Source of the DNA: Octopus vulgaris
Taxonomy: Eukaryota
DNA: 64,000 nucleotides
Assembly: GCA_951406725.2 (NCBI GenBank)
Contig: OX597822.1
Location: forward strand, 88,040,001 to 88,104,000
Reading direction: 5' to 3'
The translations under genes were made by a program, and so were the position numbers. This document shows positions 12,449 through 23,925 of the stretch, one piece after another (the first letter of the stretch is position 1; each line of letters starts with the position of its first letter). The notes below the pieces were generated by a model, which saw only the letters and a list, made by a program, of their open reading frames with translations, made no database searches and was not told where the DNA came from.

Positions 12449-14959
12449 TTACATAGAGAGTATTTTGCGTAGGATATGAGCAGTTCCCATGAGCACTATC
12501 TTTTGAACTTCTGCCATTTTTGGGTTTCCTGGTATCTGAGTTAGGTAGCTATCAGCCCCTTTTGCTATCATTCCCAGGGCACCTATGACAACAGGTATTG
12601 TTTTAGTCTTCAGCTTCCACATTTTGCTGATTTCTATTTCAAGATCTTTATATTTGCTCAGTTTTTGGTAGGTCTTGACAGATACGTTTATATCGATTGG
12701 GACAGTCATATCAATGAGGAGGCATGTTCTTTGTTTGAAGTTTTTCAATATGATGTCTGGCCTATTTGCATCTATCTTCCTGTCAGTTTGAATGGTGAAG
12801 TTCCAGAGGAGTGAGATGTGGTCATTTTCAAGCACTGGGGGTGGTTTGTGTTCCCACCAGTTTTTTTCATGGGGCAAATCCAGGTTTTTACAGATTACCC
12901 AGTGAATATATTGTGCAGCTCTATCGTGCCTGTTGAGATACTCTGTAGGCGCTAGAAGACTGCACTTGGAGACCACATGGTCAATGGTTTCATTTTGTTG
13001 CTTGCATACACGACACGTTGGACTGCTTCTGATCTTTAATATGTTGGCCTGGTAGTTTCTTGTTGGTAGGCATTGATCTTGAGCTGCTATGATAAACCCC
13101 TCTGTTTCAGATTTTAAGCCAGAGGCCATTAGCCATTGATGGGTCAGGGCTTTGTCGATATCTGCATTATTCGCTCTCTTTGGGTATTTGCCATAGAGAG
13201 GTTTTTCTTGCCATTTATTATTCAGAATATCTAAGGCCGCAGTTTTGGCACGGGTTTTCATGCGCCTAGCTTTTTCTGTGCTTGTTTCTTGTATATCTAT
13301 CTCTAATTCCGAAATTGGTTGTATTCGGAATTCACTTAGATATTCCTTTGCCTGTTTTGTGACTGAGTATGATGCTTTCTTGTTTTCATGTTTTGAGACA
13401 AGTTTTAGCATCCAGTCCTCAGAGTTTTTCAGGTAGGTGTCTAGGCCAATTGTAGCAATCTTCATTGTTATTGCCAGTTGCAAAAGACCACGGCCTCCCT
13501 CTTTTCTTGGCAGATAGAGTCGTTCTGTATCTGCCTTAGGGTGGTGCATTCTATGCATTGTCAACAGTTTCCTTATTTTTCTGTCGAGCTGACATATTTC
13601 AGTAATTGACCAGTTAACAATATTGAAACTGTAAGTCACGACTGGTATAGCTAATGCATTGATTGCTTCGATCCTGTTTCTTGCATTCAGCTCTGTCTTG
13701 AGTATTGCTCTCACTCTTCGATAGCATTCTCTCCTGATCCTTTCCTTCATCTCTGAATGCCTTATTCCGTTCCCTTCAATTATCCCTAGGTACTTGTAGC
13801 TCTCCGCTGGGTCTAGTTCTTTTATGACATTCTGTTGGTCAAGGTTAACGTTAGATGTTTCTGTCATTTTTCCTTTGATAAAGGTAGCCTTTGCACATTT
13901 ATCGAGGCCGAATTGCATTCTGATGTCGTCACTGAATTGTTTGACTATCGCTAGTAAGCCCTTGAGTTGTTGATCATTTTTTGCAAAAAGCTTTAAATCA
14001 TCCATGTAAACGAGATGATTTATATTTTTATCAAACATTTTATACCCGTACTGCGCGTCATTGAGCAGCTTTGAGAGAGGTATTAAGGATAAACAAAAGA
14101 GGAGTGGTGACAGTGAGTCACCCTGGAAAATGCCACACGAAATTTTTACATCACCAGCATTTAGGGATTCACTGTCACTGTTCAGAGTTAGTGTGGTTCT
14201 CCATGATCTCATACTTACAGTCAAGAAGTTTCGCAGAGTTGGTGCTATCTTATACATTTCAAGGCATTTCCTAATCCAGCTATGTGGTAGGCTATCAAAA
14301 GCCTTTTTATAGTCTATCCAGGCTATTGATAAGTTTTTGTGTCGTTTGTGACAATCTTCTAAGATCATCTTATTGATGAGTAGTTGGTCTTTACAGCCGT
14401 AGGATCCACGTTTACATCCTTTCTGTTCATTAGGGAATATGCTGCTGTCTGTTAAAAAACTATAGGTATATTCCGTCAGGACAGATGTTAGTGTTTTGTA
14501 CATAGTTGTTAAGCAAGTTATGGGTCTATAGTTTTTTGGTTCATTTGTTTCTTCACTTTTTGGAAGCAGGAATGTTAACCCATTAACTAGCCAAGGAGGC
14601 ATCCTACTAGGGTGTTGCAAAACATCATTGTACAGTTCTGTTAGCAGTTCATGGCTCTCTGGGAAGGCATTCAGCCAGAAGTTAGGAATTTTATCCTTTC
14701 CTGGAGACTTCCATTTGCTTGACCTCCTGAGAGCAGATCTTATATCTTCTACCTTGACACCCTCCCACTTTTGCTCTTCTAAGGGGTCCAGTTCTGTAGA
14801 TATTCTGTCAATCCAGGGGGCCTTTTCGTTGTGTGTTTTTTCTTCTGCCCAGATTTTATTCCAAAATCTCTGCACTTCTTCTTTTGATGGTACAGACCCT
14901 GCAGTAAACGCTGTTTTTCCTATCTTCCTGTAAAAATTCTTGGTGTTATTTTTGAACAT
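12449..14959 (-). CDS. Reverse transcriptase - zinc knuckle - restriction-like endonuclease (836 aa, N-terminally truncated)
   Basis: KSPGKD, NYRPITCL, QGDSLSPLLF, YMDDLKL, CRVC...ETIDHVVSKC, YLNRHD, RPDII...IDMTVP...KLSKYKDL...IPVVIGALG; no stops or frameshifts. Confidence 0.92.
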   Translation of the reverse strand: MFKNNTKNFYRKIGKTAFTAGSVPSKEEVQRFWNKIWAEEKTHNEKAPWIDRISTELDPLEEQKWEGVKVEDIRSALRRSSKWKSPGKDKIPNFWLNAFPESHELLTELYNDVLQHPSRMPPWLVNGLTFLLPKSEETNEPKNYRPITCLTTMYKTLTSVLTEYTYSFLTDSSIFPNEQKGCKRGSYGCKDQLLINKMILEDCHKRHKNLSIAWIDYKKAFDSLPHSWIRKCLEMYKIAPTLRNFLTVSMRSWRTTLTLNSDSESLNAGDVKISCGIFQGDSLSPLLFCLSLIPLSKLLNDAQYGYKMFDKNINHLVYMDDLKLFAKNDQQLKGLLAIVKQFSDDIRMQFGLDKCAKATFIKGKMTETSNVNLDQQNVIKELDPAESYKYLGIIEGNGIRHSEMKERIRRECYRRVRAILKTELNARNRIEAINALAIPVVTYSFNIVNWSITEICQLDRKIRKLLTMHRMHHPKADTERLYLPRKEGGRGLLQLAITMKIATIGLDTYLKNSEDWMLKLVSKHENKKASYSVTKQAKEYLSEFRIQPISELEIDIQETSTEKARRMKTRAKTAALDILNNKWQEKPLYGKYPKRANNADIDKALTHQWLMASGLKSETEGFIIAAQDQCLPTRNYQANILKIRSSPTCRVCKQQNETIDHVVSKCSLLAPTEYLNRHDRAAQYIHWVICKNLDLPHEKNWWEHKPPPVLENDHISLLWNFTIQTDRKIDANRPDIILKNFKQRTCLLIDMTVPIDINVSVKTYQKLSKYKDLEIEISKMWKLKTKTIPVVIGALGMIAKGADSYLTQIPGNPKMAEVQKIVLMGTAHILRKILSM

Positions 14960-15268
14960 TGTAAAAATTCTTGGTGTTATTTTTGAACATTGTAAAAATT
15001 CTTGGTGTTATTTTTGAACATTGTAAAAATTCTTGGTGTTATTTTTGAACATTGTAAAAATTCTTGGTGTTATTTTTAAACATTGTAAAAATTCTTGGTG
15101 TTATTTTTGAACATTGTAAAAATTCTTGGTGTTATTTTTGAACATTGTAAAAATTCTTGGTGTTATTTTTGAACATTGTAAAAATTCTTGGTGTTATTTT
15201 TGAACATATGTAAAAATTCTTGGTGTTATTTTTGAACATTGTAAAAATTCTTGGTGTTATTTTTGAAC

Positions 15269-15270
<2 letters not shown>
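14929..15270. repeat. Tandem array of 11 x 31-bp unit tgtaaaaattcttggtgttatttttgaacat
   Basis: Counted directly; one g>a variant in unit 5 and one extra a at 15208. Confidence 0.95.
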
Positions 15271-15337
<67 letters not shown>

Positions 15338-15358
15338 CATCATCATTATTATTATTAT

Positions 15359-15718
15359 AGACATCGCAAAGTATATTGTGAGATTGTTGATTGAAGATAT
15401 TTTGTCTACTGAGGGTTTGTACTGTTTGTCAAGTCACAACAAGGACCTTAGACAGACATCTAGATTACTTAGTATTACTAAGGTTTTCAGATGTTTTTTT
15501 GAGATTGGGTGGCATTGAACCCAAAACTCCGATGACAATAGGGACATCCTTTATGTTTGACTCTCATAGCTGTCACATCTTAGCGGTCTCAATTCTCAGG
15601 TCACCATATTTATCGACCTTTTCTCTTTCTTTCATGATGATATGTCGATCTCCTGGCACTGCCATGTCAATTATTAGGCACTCTTTTTTGTACCTCCTAA
15701 AGGTTACTATATCCGACC
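15359..15718 (-). mobile_element. Older R4/Dong-like 3' fragment (RLE domain), degenerate
   Basis: RSDIV...CLIIDMAVPGD...KEREKVDKYGDLRIE...VPIVIGVLG with stops; TAA repeats on both sides. Confidence 0.8.
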
Positions 15719-15739
15719 TTATTATTTAGTGAGAGAGCA

Positions 15740-16596
15740 ATACATGCCATCAAAGTGACACTGGGGTACAAATATATGAAACCCAGTATACCCATCATGA
15801 CTACCTGTTTGATAAGGGTACACCAGGCTCATGCATCACAACCATATATGCACAACATGGTGAGCTTATATTAAGATAAAAGTGCATGAACTTCTAGGTG
15901 GGACCCATTCCAAATGGGTCCCATCTAGAAGGTCCTGCTCAAAAGGTCCCTGAACAAGGTTTGTTCAAGTGTGTAAACAAAACACCCATATTTCCAGGGG
16001 TGAATTATTAAAACCCCAAAGAATCCTTCTTGAAACATGGCTGTGATGTTCCTCCTCTACTCTTTCTGATCAGAGATGCACATAATGTCAGCCATTTAGG
16101 GACATGCTGAATTGGTTATGATCCAGCAACTGACAAGCAGTTCTGTTGCCCTCCCACTCAAATGGTCCCTGAATAAGGGTTGTTTAAGGATGTTGAATAA
16201 AACACTCATGTTTCCAGAGGTGAATTATCCAAACCCCAAAGAATTCCTGTCGACACATGGCTATGATGCTCCTCCACTACTTCTGCTTTTGATCAGGGAT
16301 GCACATATTGTCAGCCACTAAGGGTCATGCTCAACTGGTTAAGGTCAAATAACTGACAAGTAAATCTGTGGTATTGAGCAGAATATTTGCTATAATCCAT
16401 CTTTTATACCAAGACAAAACAATGCACAGTTAAGATGAGAATCCATGAAAGCCACTGCTTGGTACTGCATCAGGGCATTATTGAGCAGAATATTTGCTGT
16501 AGCCCGTCTTTTATACCATAACAAAACAATGTACATAACAAAACAATGTAACACTTCCGGTCAGTTAAGATCAGAAGCCACGAAAGCCACTACCAG
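15740..16596. repeat. Dispersed repeat with internal tandem duplications
   Basis: 15945-16140 resembles 16165-16360; 16375-16460 resembles 16480-16590. Confidence 0.6.
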
Positions 16597-16640
<44 letters not shown>

Positions 16641-16671
16641 GTTATTGTTATTGTTATTGTTGATGAGGATG

Positions 16672-16712
<41 letters not shown>

Positions 16713-17115
16713 AATGATAATGATGAGGAGGCAGTGAGTTGGCAAAATTGTTAGCATGCAGGAGGAAATGCTAGTATCCTTTTGTCCATCCTTATATTCT
16801 GAGTTTGAATTCTGCTGAAGTTGACTTTGCCTGTCATCCTTTCGGGGTCAATGAAATAAGTACCAGTTACACACTGAGGTTGATGTAATTGACTAGCCCC
16901 CTCTCCAAAATTTCAGGCATTGTGCCTTTAGTAGAAAAGTATATTATTATTATCTACATTGTTATCTATTAACAGAAGTATATTATTCTTCAGTATTACC
17001 TCATGAAGAATAATCAGTTTAGTAAATCACACCCTCACACAATATATTTTCATCTCCCATTTTATAAGATATTTGACTATATTTGAACCTAATGAATATT
17101 AATTTCCATTTACAG

Positions 17116-17318
17116 ACCAAGCCCCACCTGCAGTAAACAGTTATTTGCATTAACAACAGACTACAATAATGGAACTCTACCCTGTAAATGTGATCCTGAT
17201 GGCTCTATGTCTATTGACTGTGAATCTTTAGGTGGACAGTGCCGTTGTTTGCCTAATGTCATTGGAAGAGATTGTTCTACTTGCAAACACGGCTTCTATG
17301 GATTCCCTTCATGTAAAC
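17116..17318 (+). CDS. LanA: Laminin alpha exon 4 (L4 end plus LE repeat)
   Basis: ttacag/gtatgt; PSPTCSKQLFALTTDYNNGTLPCKCDPDGSMSIDCESLGGQCRCLPNVIGRDCSTCKHGFYGFPSCK; phase 2 to 1. Confidence 0.95.
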
Positions 17319-18099
17319 GTATGTGTTTTTATGTTATTTGTTGTTGTTTTTATATCCACTAGCAAATCTACCCATCTACAATGGAGGCATAACAGAGAAA
17401 TGTTTAAATGGACTTGATAGACTACTGAGTGATGTCTTGGAGGAATCCCATTATTCTTGGTTATACAGCATTCTATTGCAGCTATATGATGTGTTTGCGA
17501 CTAAGTGACATATGATGACGATTCACTGCTGAACTGAAATAGGCTCTCAGCCTCTGTATCATGAATTGTTATGTGGACCATTCCTAATGAAAACATGTTA
17601 TTTAGATATACTTTTATTTTAGTTGTTTACACTATTTTACACTTGTTTATACTCAAAGTTCACAAATTTCCTTATTTAAATTATGAATCATATTCCTTTC
17701 AGTAATATCAATATGATTACAAAACTTCTTTGTAGATGTTATTTTTTGTTTGATCAAAGCTAATTTTCAAATTACTGGAGTCTGTTGCTCTACTCATAGC
17801 GACATATAACTGGCCATTTGTAAACATCGGAGTGGGTAAAAATACACCTACATGATCTAAAGTCTGGCCCTATGCCTTGTTTGCTGTGAATGCTGAGCAG
17901 AATCCTTAGGTTTGCAAAAAATCAAACTACAACTTACCTCTCACTGTTCTATGCAGATAATGTCTAGCTGTTGTGATACCATGGGTCATTTTGATTCACA
18001 AAACTGACCTGTAAACAACAGCCGTTTTGATTAGCCATTTCAAATCCTACTCAGGACTGACACACTTCAATAACCACTAAATAATCACACACTTTTTCC

Positions 18100-18707
18100 A
18101 TTTTATTTTTTTCTATTAACCATCCTTGTAACCCCTTTGTATCAATGATGGGGCCATGAACTATACAATGAAAATCCATGGTCAGTGAATTTTTAATAAA
18201 AATGCAAAGGTGGTTTACCAATTCAAAAATCGGTATCTATGAAATAATCATACTTTCCAATTTTTTTATGTTAAAAATCTTCCTGATAACCGTCTTTGTA
18301 ATCCTAAAACATATAACCATTGGTCTAGCTGTCTGGCCATGAAGAGGGAACAGACAAAGAGACGGACATAATGACCATTATAGTAAGATAGCAAATTTGC
18401 TCATCTTCAATGAGAAATAAAGGGATAGTATCACAAATCTAAACCCTCTAAATACACAAACTATACAGGGGTGGGGGTGGAATCCAGAATTATTCCTTGT
18501 TGCCGGAATTTTAACAAAAGAAATCAAAGGTGATTTATTAATACAAAATCCCCTAAATAATCATACTTTTTCACATTTTTTTCACTAAAAACTTTCCTGA
18601 TTACCTCCTTTGTAATCCCGAAAAACATCATGACCATTGGTCCAGCTGTTTGACTGTGAAGAGGGAACAGACAGACAGACGGACATAACACCCATTATAG
18701 TAAGATT
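18100..18707 (-). mobile_element. Two tandem Helitron-like 5' end segments
   Basis: gaagagggaacagac...ccattatagtaagat ends at both 18389 and 18706, with (CAGA)n; minus strand starts ATC. Confidence 0.5.
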
Positions 18708-19641
18708 TTCTTGATTGGAATTTGTGTCCTTAACTGCATCTAGTAGTGGGAACCTGGTTTGGAAGTTCTAGGGTTTTGTAGAGTATGGAAACCAGCTCTT
18801 AGCCACTATTGATCCCAGGTCTACTCTGACTCAGTTGTTAACACTTGTCAGGGTCCCAGTTATGGGTCAATTTTGCATGTGACCACTTGAGCTAGAGTAC
18901 AGAGAACACGTAGGATGCAACATTGCAACATGGTGGACATGAACTATTTCAGTAGATGAACTTATTGAATCAATGGCTAATATCTCTAGATGCAAAAGTC
19001 AATGGTCAGGATCAACCATTTCCGTTACTGAACTACTGCTATCATTTGTAGTTGTGGCATGTGCAGATGATATATTTCAGCTAGCAAAAAGCTAGCAAAA
19101 AGCCAATATGACTAAAACCAAGGTCAGACATTCATATTTCAGTGCTCAATTGGAGCATCTGGTGTGGAAGTGTTACATTGGTTTGGGCAACTTACCTGAC
19201 TTGGGTGGATAATGGTGGATGAATTAGAAGATGGAATATATCTTTGAAATGAATTTTCTCCTTTCTTCTAACTCTTGAAATCTAAAATTGTTATGAAATT
19301 ATCTGGCCTTGATTGAATCTAAGTCAAGCAAAGACTTAGGCTTTGTCCTGGAACACAACACAATAAATTTTAAATTCATGAACTGTTAGGCACAGCCCTG
19401 TTTGTGTGATTAAGAAGCTTGCTTTGCGTTCACATAGATTTTGAATTCAGTCCTACTACACAACACCTGAGCAGGTGTCTTCTATTATGGCCCTGAACTG
19501 ACAATGCCATGCAAGTGGATTTGATAGACAGACACTGTGTAGCAGCCCATTGTATAGAGGTTTGTGTGTGTGTGTGTGTATAAAAATTTTGTTGTGTCTA
19601 AGGAGAGTCATTATGCCAAACGAACTATATATACACACACA

Positions 19642-19720
<79 letters not shown>

Positions 19721-19771
19721 AATATTAAATTTCTAAATATCTCATAGAGATATGTGCAGTGGTGGAGCGAT

Positions 19772-20011
19772 AGAGTGGTTGTATACTGTCAACTTACCGT
19801 GACAGTCCCGTAAAGAGAATTACACCACCACTGTTTAGCCCTAGGAAGCATCAACACTTCCTGTCGGCCTGGTGTTTGTCTCCCCTTCGTAAATATATAA
19901 GGACACAGGAAATGTGTCAAGGCCGACAGGAAGCGTCGATGCTTCCTAGGGTTAAATAGCGGTGGTGTAATTTCCTTTATGGGACTGTCACGTTAAGTTG
20001 ACAGTATACAA

Positions 20012-20018
<7 letters not shown>
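19772..20018. mobile_element. MITE-like fold-back element
   Basis: About 100-bp imperfect TIRs beginning gagtggttgtatactgtcaact; lies inside the TA tract of a SINE. Confidence 0.8.
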
Positions 20019-20082
<64 letters not shown>

Positions 20083-20579
20083 GGCCTGGTCGCTTAGCCA
20101 GTGGGGTGGCATCATTTGAAGGCTAAAACAATGCGAAGCGCATTTTGACCAGCGATGTGTAGCAACATCTGATAGCTTGGTCGGTCAGGGTGATCACATT
20201 GATATATATATATTTATTTATTTATTTATTCATGCGAGTGTATTTATTTGTATTTGTGCTTATCAACTCCTCCCACTACTTGATAACTGGTGTTGGTTTA
20301 TTCTTGTCCCTGTGACTTAGCAGTTCAGTAAAAGAGAGCAAAAAAATAAGTGCCAGACTTAAGAAGAAAATAAATACTGAGATTGGTTTGTTTGGTTAAA
20401 CCCTTCAAGTTAGTACCCCAACATGGCCACAGTCCAATTACTGAACCAAGTAAAGGATATTATGCTAGATTTCAATAACCTGCAGTTTCTTCTTAGCTCA
20501 ATATTTTAATAAGGACTTTACTTCTGTCGATCTCATAACTTTGAGAAATATTTTACTTTTAATAGAATTAAATGTATTC

Positions 20580-20958
20580 TTTTATCCTTTACTTGTTTTA
20601 GTCATTTGACTGCAGCCATGCAGGAGCACCACCTTGAAGGGTTTTAGTCAAACAAATTGACCCCCGGACTTATGTTTTAAGCCTAGTACTTAATCTATCA
20701 ATCACTTTTGCCAAACCGCTAGTTTACAGGGATGTAAACATACCAACACCGGTTGTCAAGTAGTGATGGGGAAAAAAAACCAGATACAAAGACACACACA
20801 TGTACAATGGGCTTTTTTCAGTTTCCTTCTAACAAATCCACTCACAAGGCTTTGGTTGGCCCATGCTATAGTAGAAGACACTTGCCCAAGGAACCACACA
20901 CAAGGACTGAACCCAGAACCATATAGTCAGGAAGCAAGATTCTTATGACACAGCCACG
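20580..20958 (-). mobile_element. SINE family A
   Basis: Reverse complement of the 59377-59780 type. Confidence 0.75.
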
Positions 20959-21179
20959 ACCAATTTTATATATGATGAAGACTAAGTTTTTGTTTCAAGA
21001 ACAAATAAGCAACTGTTTTGCTATTTCTCTACTTAAGGAAGAACGTACCCATTACTCTTTCCCATAATTTAAACAATCCATTTGCATACTTACAAAACAA
21101 AATATCATTTTTTTTTCCATCTTTGTGACTTGACTTAACATAACCTTGTTACCATTTCATACAATATCCATGTTTCTAG

Positions 21180-21310
21180 GTTGTGAATGCAGTGTTGGAC
21201 TGTGTCATCCTGTTACTGGAGACTGTGTCTGTCCGCCACATGTGACAGGGCGAAAGTGTGATCGCTGTTTACCAAATACATATGCATATGACCCATATAT
21301 AGGATGTAAG
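21180..21310 (+). CDS. LanA: Laminin alpha exon 5 (LE repeat)
   Basis: ttctag/gtaagg; CECSVGLCHPVTGDCVCPPHVTGRKCDRCLPNTYAYDPYIGCK; phase 1 to 0. Confidence 0.95.
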
Positions 21311-22484
21311 GTAAGGAATTCTGATAACAGATGTGTAATTATACTGTTGTATGTGTAGTTGTATGCCAAGTATGTATTATGTCATTTCCATGAAGTAAGA
21401 CTAACTGTAAAATGGTTGTAATGGAGAAGTACTCCAAACACTATCCATTGCATTTCAAAACCAAATTTTCTAATAACATTTATTCATTTAGAAACCTATT
21501 TTTGCTATAGATCTCCTTTTGTAAATGTTCCTTAACCCTTTTATTACCATATTAATACTGAAATACATTGTCATTGTTTTAATTAGTTTTTAAAATGGTA
21601 AAGAATTTAATAAAACAATTTTGTCATTATTAATTTGGTGTTTAGAACAAATTAACATAGAATTTTGATGGAAGATTTTAATTTAGATTAATTTAAAACA
21701 GCAAGTTTGTGCCATAGCACCAGGTGCAATCTCAGGTAGGTTCATGTTAAAAGAGTTAAGGAACATCAGTTGTTTTAGAGATATCATCTCTAAAAAGACT
21801 TGGTCTTTTGTTACCCATTGAAGTTTTAACATATAGCTCCTGTTAAACAGGTAGCTCTAGATTCCCTCATGCTTTCCAGTTCCATTAAAAATGAGAAATA
21901 ATAACAGAAACAGAAGGATATTAGAGTCAGGAACACTAGTAAAAACTGTTTCTTATTCATTCTGACAATGAAGGTTGGGAGTTTTTTTAAAGGAGAAAAA
22001 CTTTATTGTTCATAGATGCAAAATTTAATTTGATATCCAGTTTTAAAATGACCAGCTGACCCTTACATGCCTTTACTGGGGTCTGCCATGCTTCAAGCCT
22101 TCAGGCAGGTCTTTGATCTGAAAATAACTTCTTTCTTCTCTCCTTCCCTATCTCAGACTCCCTATAAAGGGTCATGGGACTGCCTTTCCTCCTCTGATTA
22201 TGCAATATACAAATATCTTTTATTGGTGTTTATCAATGGAAAGTGACTACATCGGTGACAAAACTGATAAACTGATGTGCTTTGACATAAATACCTTGTA
22301 ATATTTATTCCACCTAAGTTATGTGTGTGTTCTGTTGTTAGTGTCATCATCAGAAGTGCAGTGCATTCCAGATTGACTAATTGGAAGTCTGTTGCAAATG
22401 ATGCTGTTCTTCACTAAACACATTTTCTGAAGTAAATAAATAAATCTTGAAATTTGACTTTGCTGCTGTTTCCTTTTTCCATAG

Positions 22485-22555
22485 CAATGTGGTTGTAATG
22501 CCCGCGGTGTTATGAATAATAACCTGAACTGTGACCAAAATACTGGACAGTGCAA
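22485..22555 (+). CDS. LanA: Laminin alpha exon 6 (LE repeat)
   Basis: ccatag/gtaagt; QCGCNARGVMNNNLNCDQNTGQC; phase 0 to 2. Confidence 0.92.
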
Positions 22556-22639
22556 GTAAGTTATTTTATAATCAAATATATTAATGACAGAGATTAGGAA
22601 AATAATTTGCAGGAAAATAATTGTGAACGTGTGGTATAT

Positions 22640-23110
22640 AGTGAATCCAAACAAAGAAGAATTGACAAGAAAAACAAAAACACGAGGATGTGGTGCAAGT
22701 ACTGTATTATCAGATGCTCAGGAAAGGAAGGAAAGAGGATTTAACGTTTCAAGCCTTGCTCTTCTTCAGAAATAGAGGAGAGTCCAAAGGAAGGAAAGAC
22801 GCAGGAAGAAAATTGCCAATGATACACACGCAGTTACATGTTGAAATGACCAGAAGGGAATGGGTGAAGAGAAAGTTCTTTCTAAGACAGTAGAGTGCAA
22901 GAGAATGAGATGTGTATGTGTGAGTATGTGAGTGCACGCAGGTCTGTGTGTGTGTAATAATAGCACGTGTGTGTGGGTGGACTTTGTGTCCCTTAATGTT
23001 GTAGGAGGAATTTACAGTAGGAATTTTAGGTAGGAGTGGCTATCTTTTGTTTGTCTCCCTTCACATGTGCGTAGGAGAATGGTCAGTAGAAAGGTGTTTA
23101 ACTGGTAGAT
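22640..23110 (-). mobile_element. Penelope-like 3'/pseudo-LTR fragment with hammerhead-like motif
   Basis: Similar to 7073-7273; minus strand AUUU-CUGAAGAA-GAGC-aag-GCUU-GAAACGUU-AAAU at 22739-22773. Confidence 0.55.
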
Positions 23111-23227
23111 TGAAGCATGTGTGAGTGCGTGTATGTGTGTGTACGTGTGTGTATGTATGGGGTTGTGTCTGGGGCAAATGTGCATTACTCTGTGTGTGTG
23201 TGTGTGCATGTGTGTGTATGTATATAT

Positions 23228-23535
23228 CACCATGATCACCATGACTGACCAGGCTATCAGATGTTGCTGCACATCGCTGATCACAATGCACTTCGCATTG
23301 TTTTAGCCTTCAAATGATGCCACCCCACTGGCTAAGCGAGCAGGCCAACAGAAGAAAGAGTGAGAGAAAGTTGTGGCGAAAGAATACAGCAGGGATTGCC
23401 AACACCCCCTGCTGGAGCCTCTTGGAGCTTTAGGTGTTTTCGCTCAATAAACACTCAAAACGCCCGGTCTGGAAATCAAAACCACGATCCTGTGACCTCA
23501 AGTCTGCTGCCCTAACCACTGGGCCATTGTGCCTC

Positions 23536-23538
<3 letters not shown>
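23228..23538 (-). mobile_element. tRNA-derived SINE (family C)
   Basis: Head ggaggcacaatggcccagtggttagggcagc with A/B-box-like motifs; related copies at 39000-39328 and 49738-50013. Confidence 0.75.
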
Positions 23539-23572
<34 letters not shown>

Positions 23573-23780
23573 ATATTTCGGAATGGTCATATTGCACAAC
23601 AAATATTTAAACGTATATATATATATATATATATAAAATATGTATATGTCATAAAGATTTAATAAATGAGAAGTTGGCAATTTGCTGTATTGCTACTCAA
23701 AGTTTGTTGTCTGCTAAAATTGGAAATTCTTGCAGTAAATTTCTTTCTGCTTGCGACTTACCCTTTTCTCTCTATTTCAG

Positions 23781-23925
23781 ATGCCTAAACAGGTTTGGTG
23801 GTCGAACATGTGACAAGTGTGCCCCAGGTAGCTATTCCTACCCGCATTGTGTACCCTGTGCCTGTAATGCTACTGGAGCTGAAGATGATGTATGTGATCA
23901 AGACTCTGGCCAATGCCTTTGCAAG
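23781..23925 (+). CDS. LanA: Laminin alpha exon 7 (LE repeats)
   Basis: tttcag/gtatct; CLNRFGGRTCDKCAPGSYSYPHCVPCACNATGAEDDVCDQDSGQCLCK; phase 2 to 0. Confidence 0.95.

Larger units (their letters stand above)
12210..15270 (-). mobile_element. R4/Dong-clade non-LTR retrotransposon, 5'-truncated, inserted in (TAA)n
   Basis: RT plus CCHC plus restriction-like endonuclease ORF; about 240-bp 3' UTR ending in (TAA)n; (TAA)n also at the 5' side, matching the known Dong target preference. Confidence 0.9.

Noticed and set aside
14957-14959. ATG as the true start of the retrotransposon protein
   Set aside because: It lies at the 5' truncation point; full R4/Dong ORFs extend further upstream, and there is no 5' UTR here.
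14929-15270. 31-bp repeat array as a CRISPR array
   Set aside because: The units are directly adjacent with no spacers, there are no cas genes, and the unit is the retrotransposon's own coding sequence in eukaryotic DNA.
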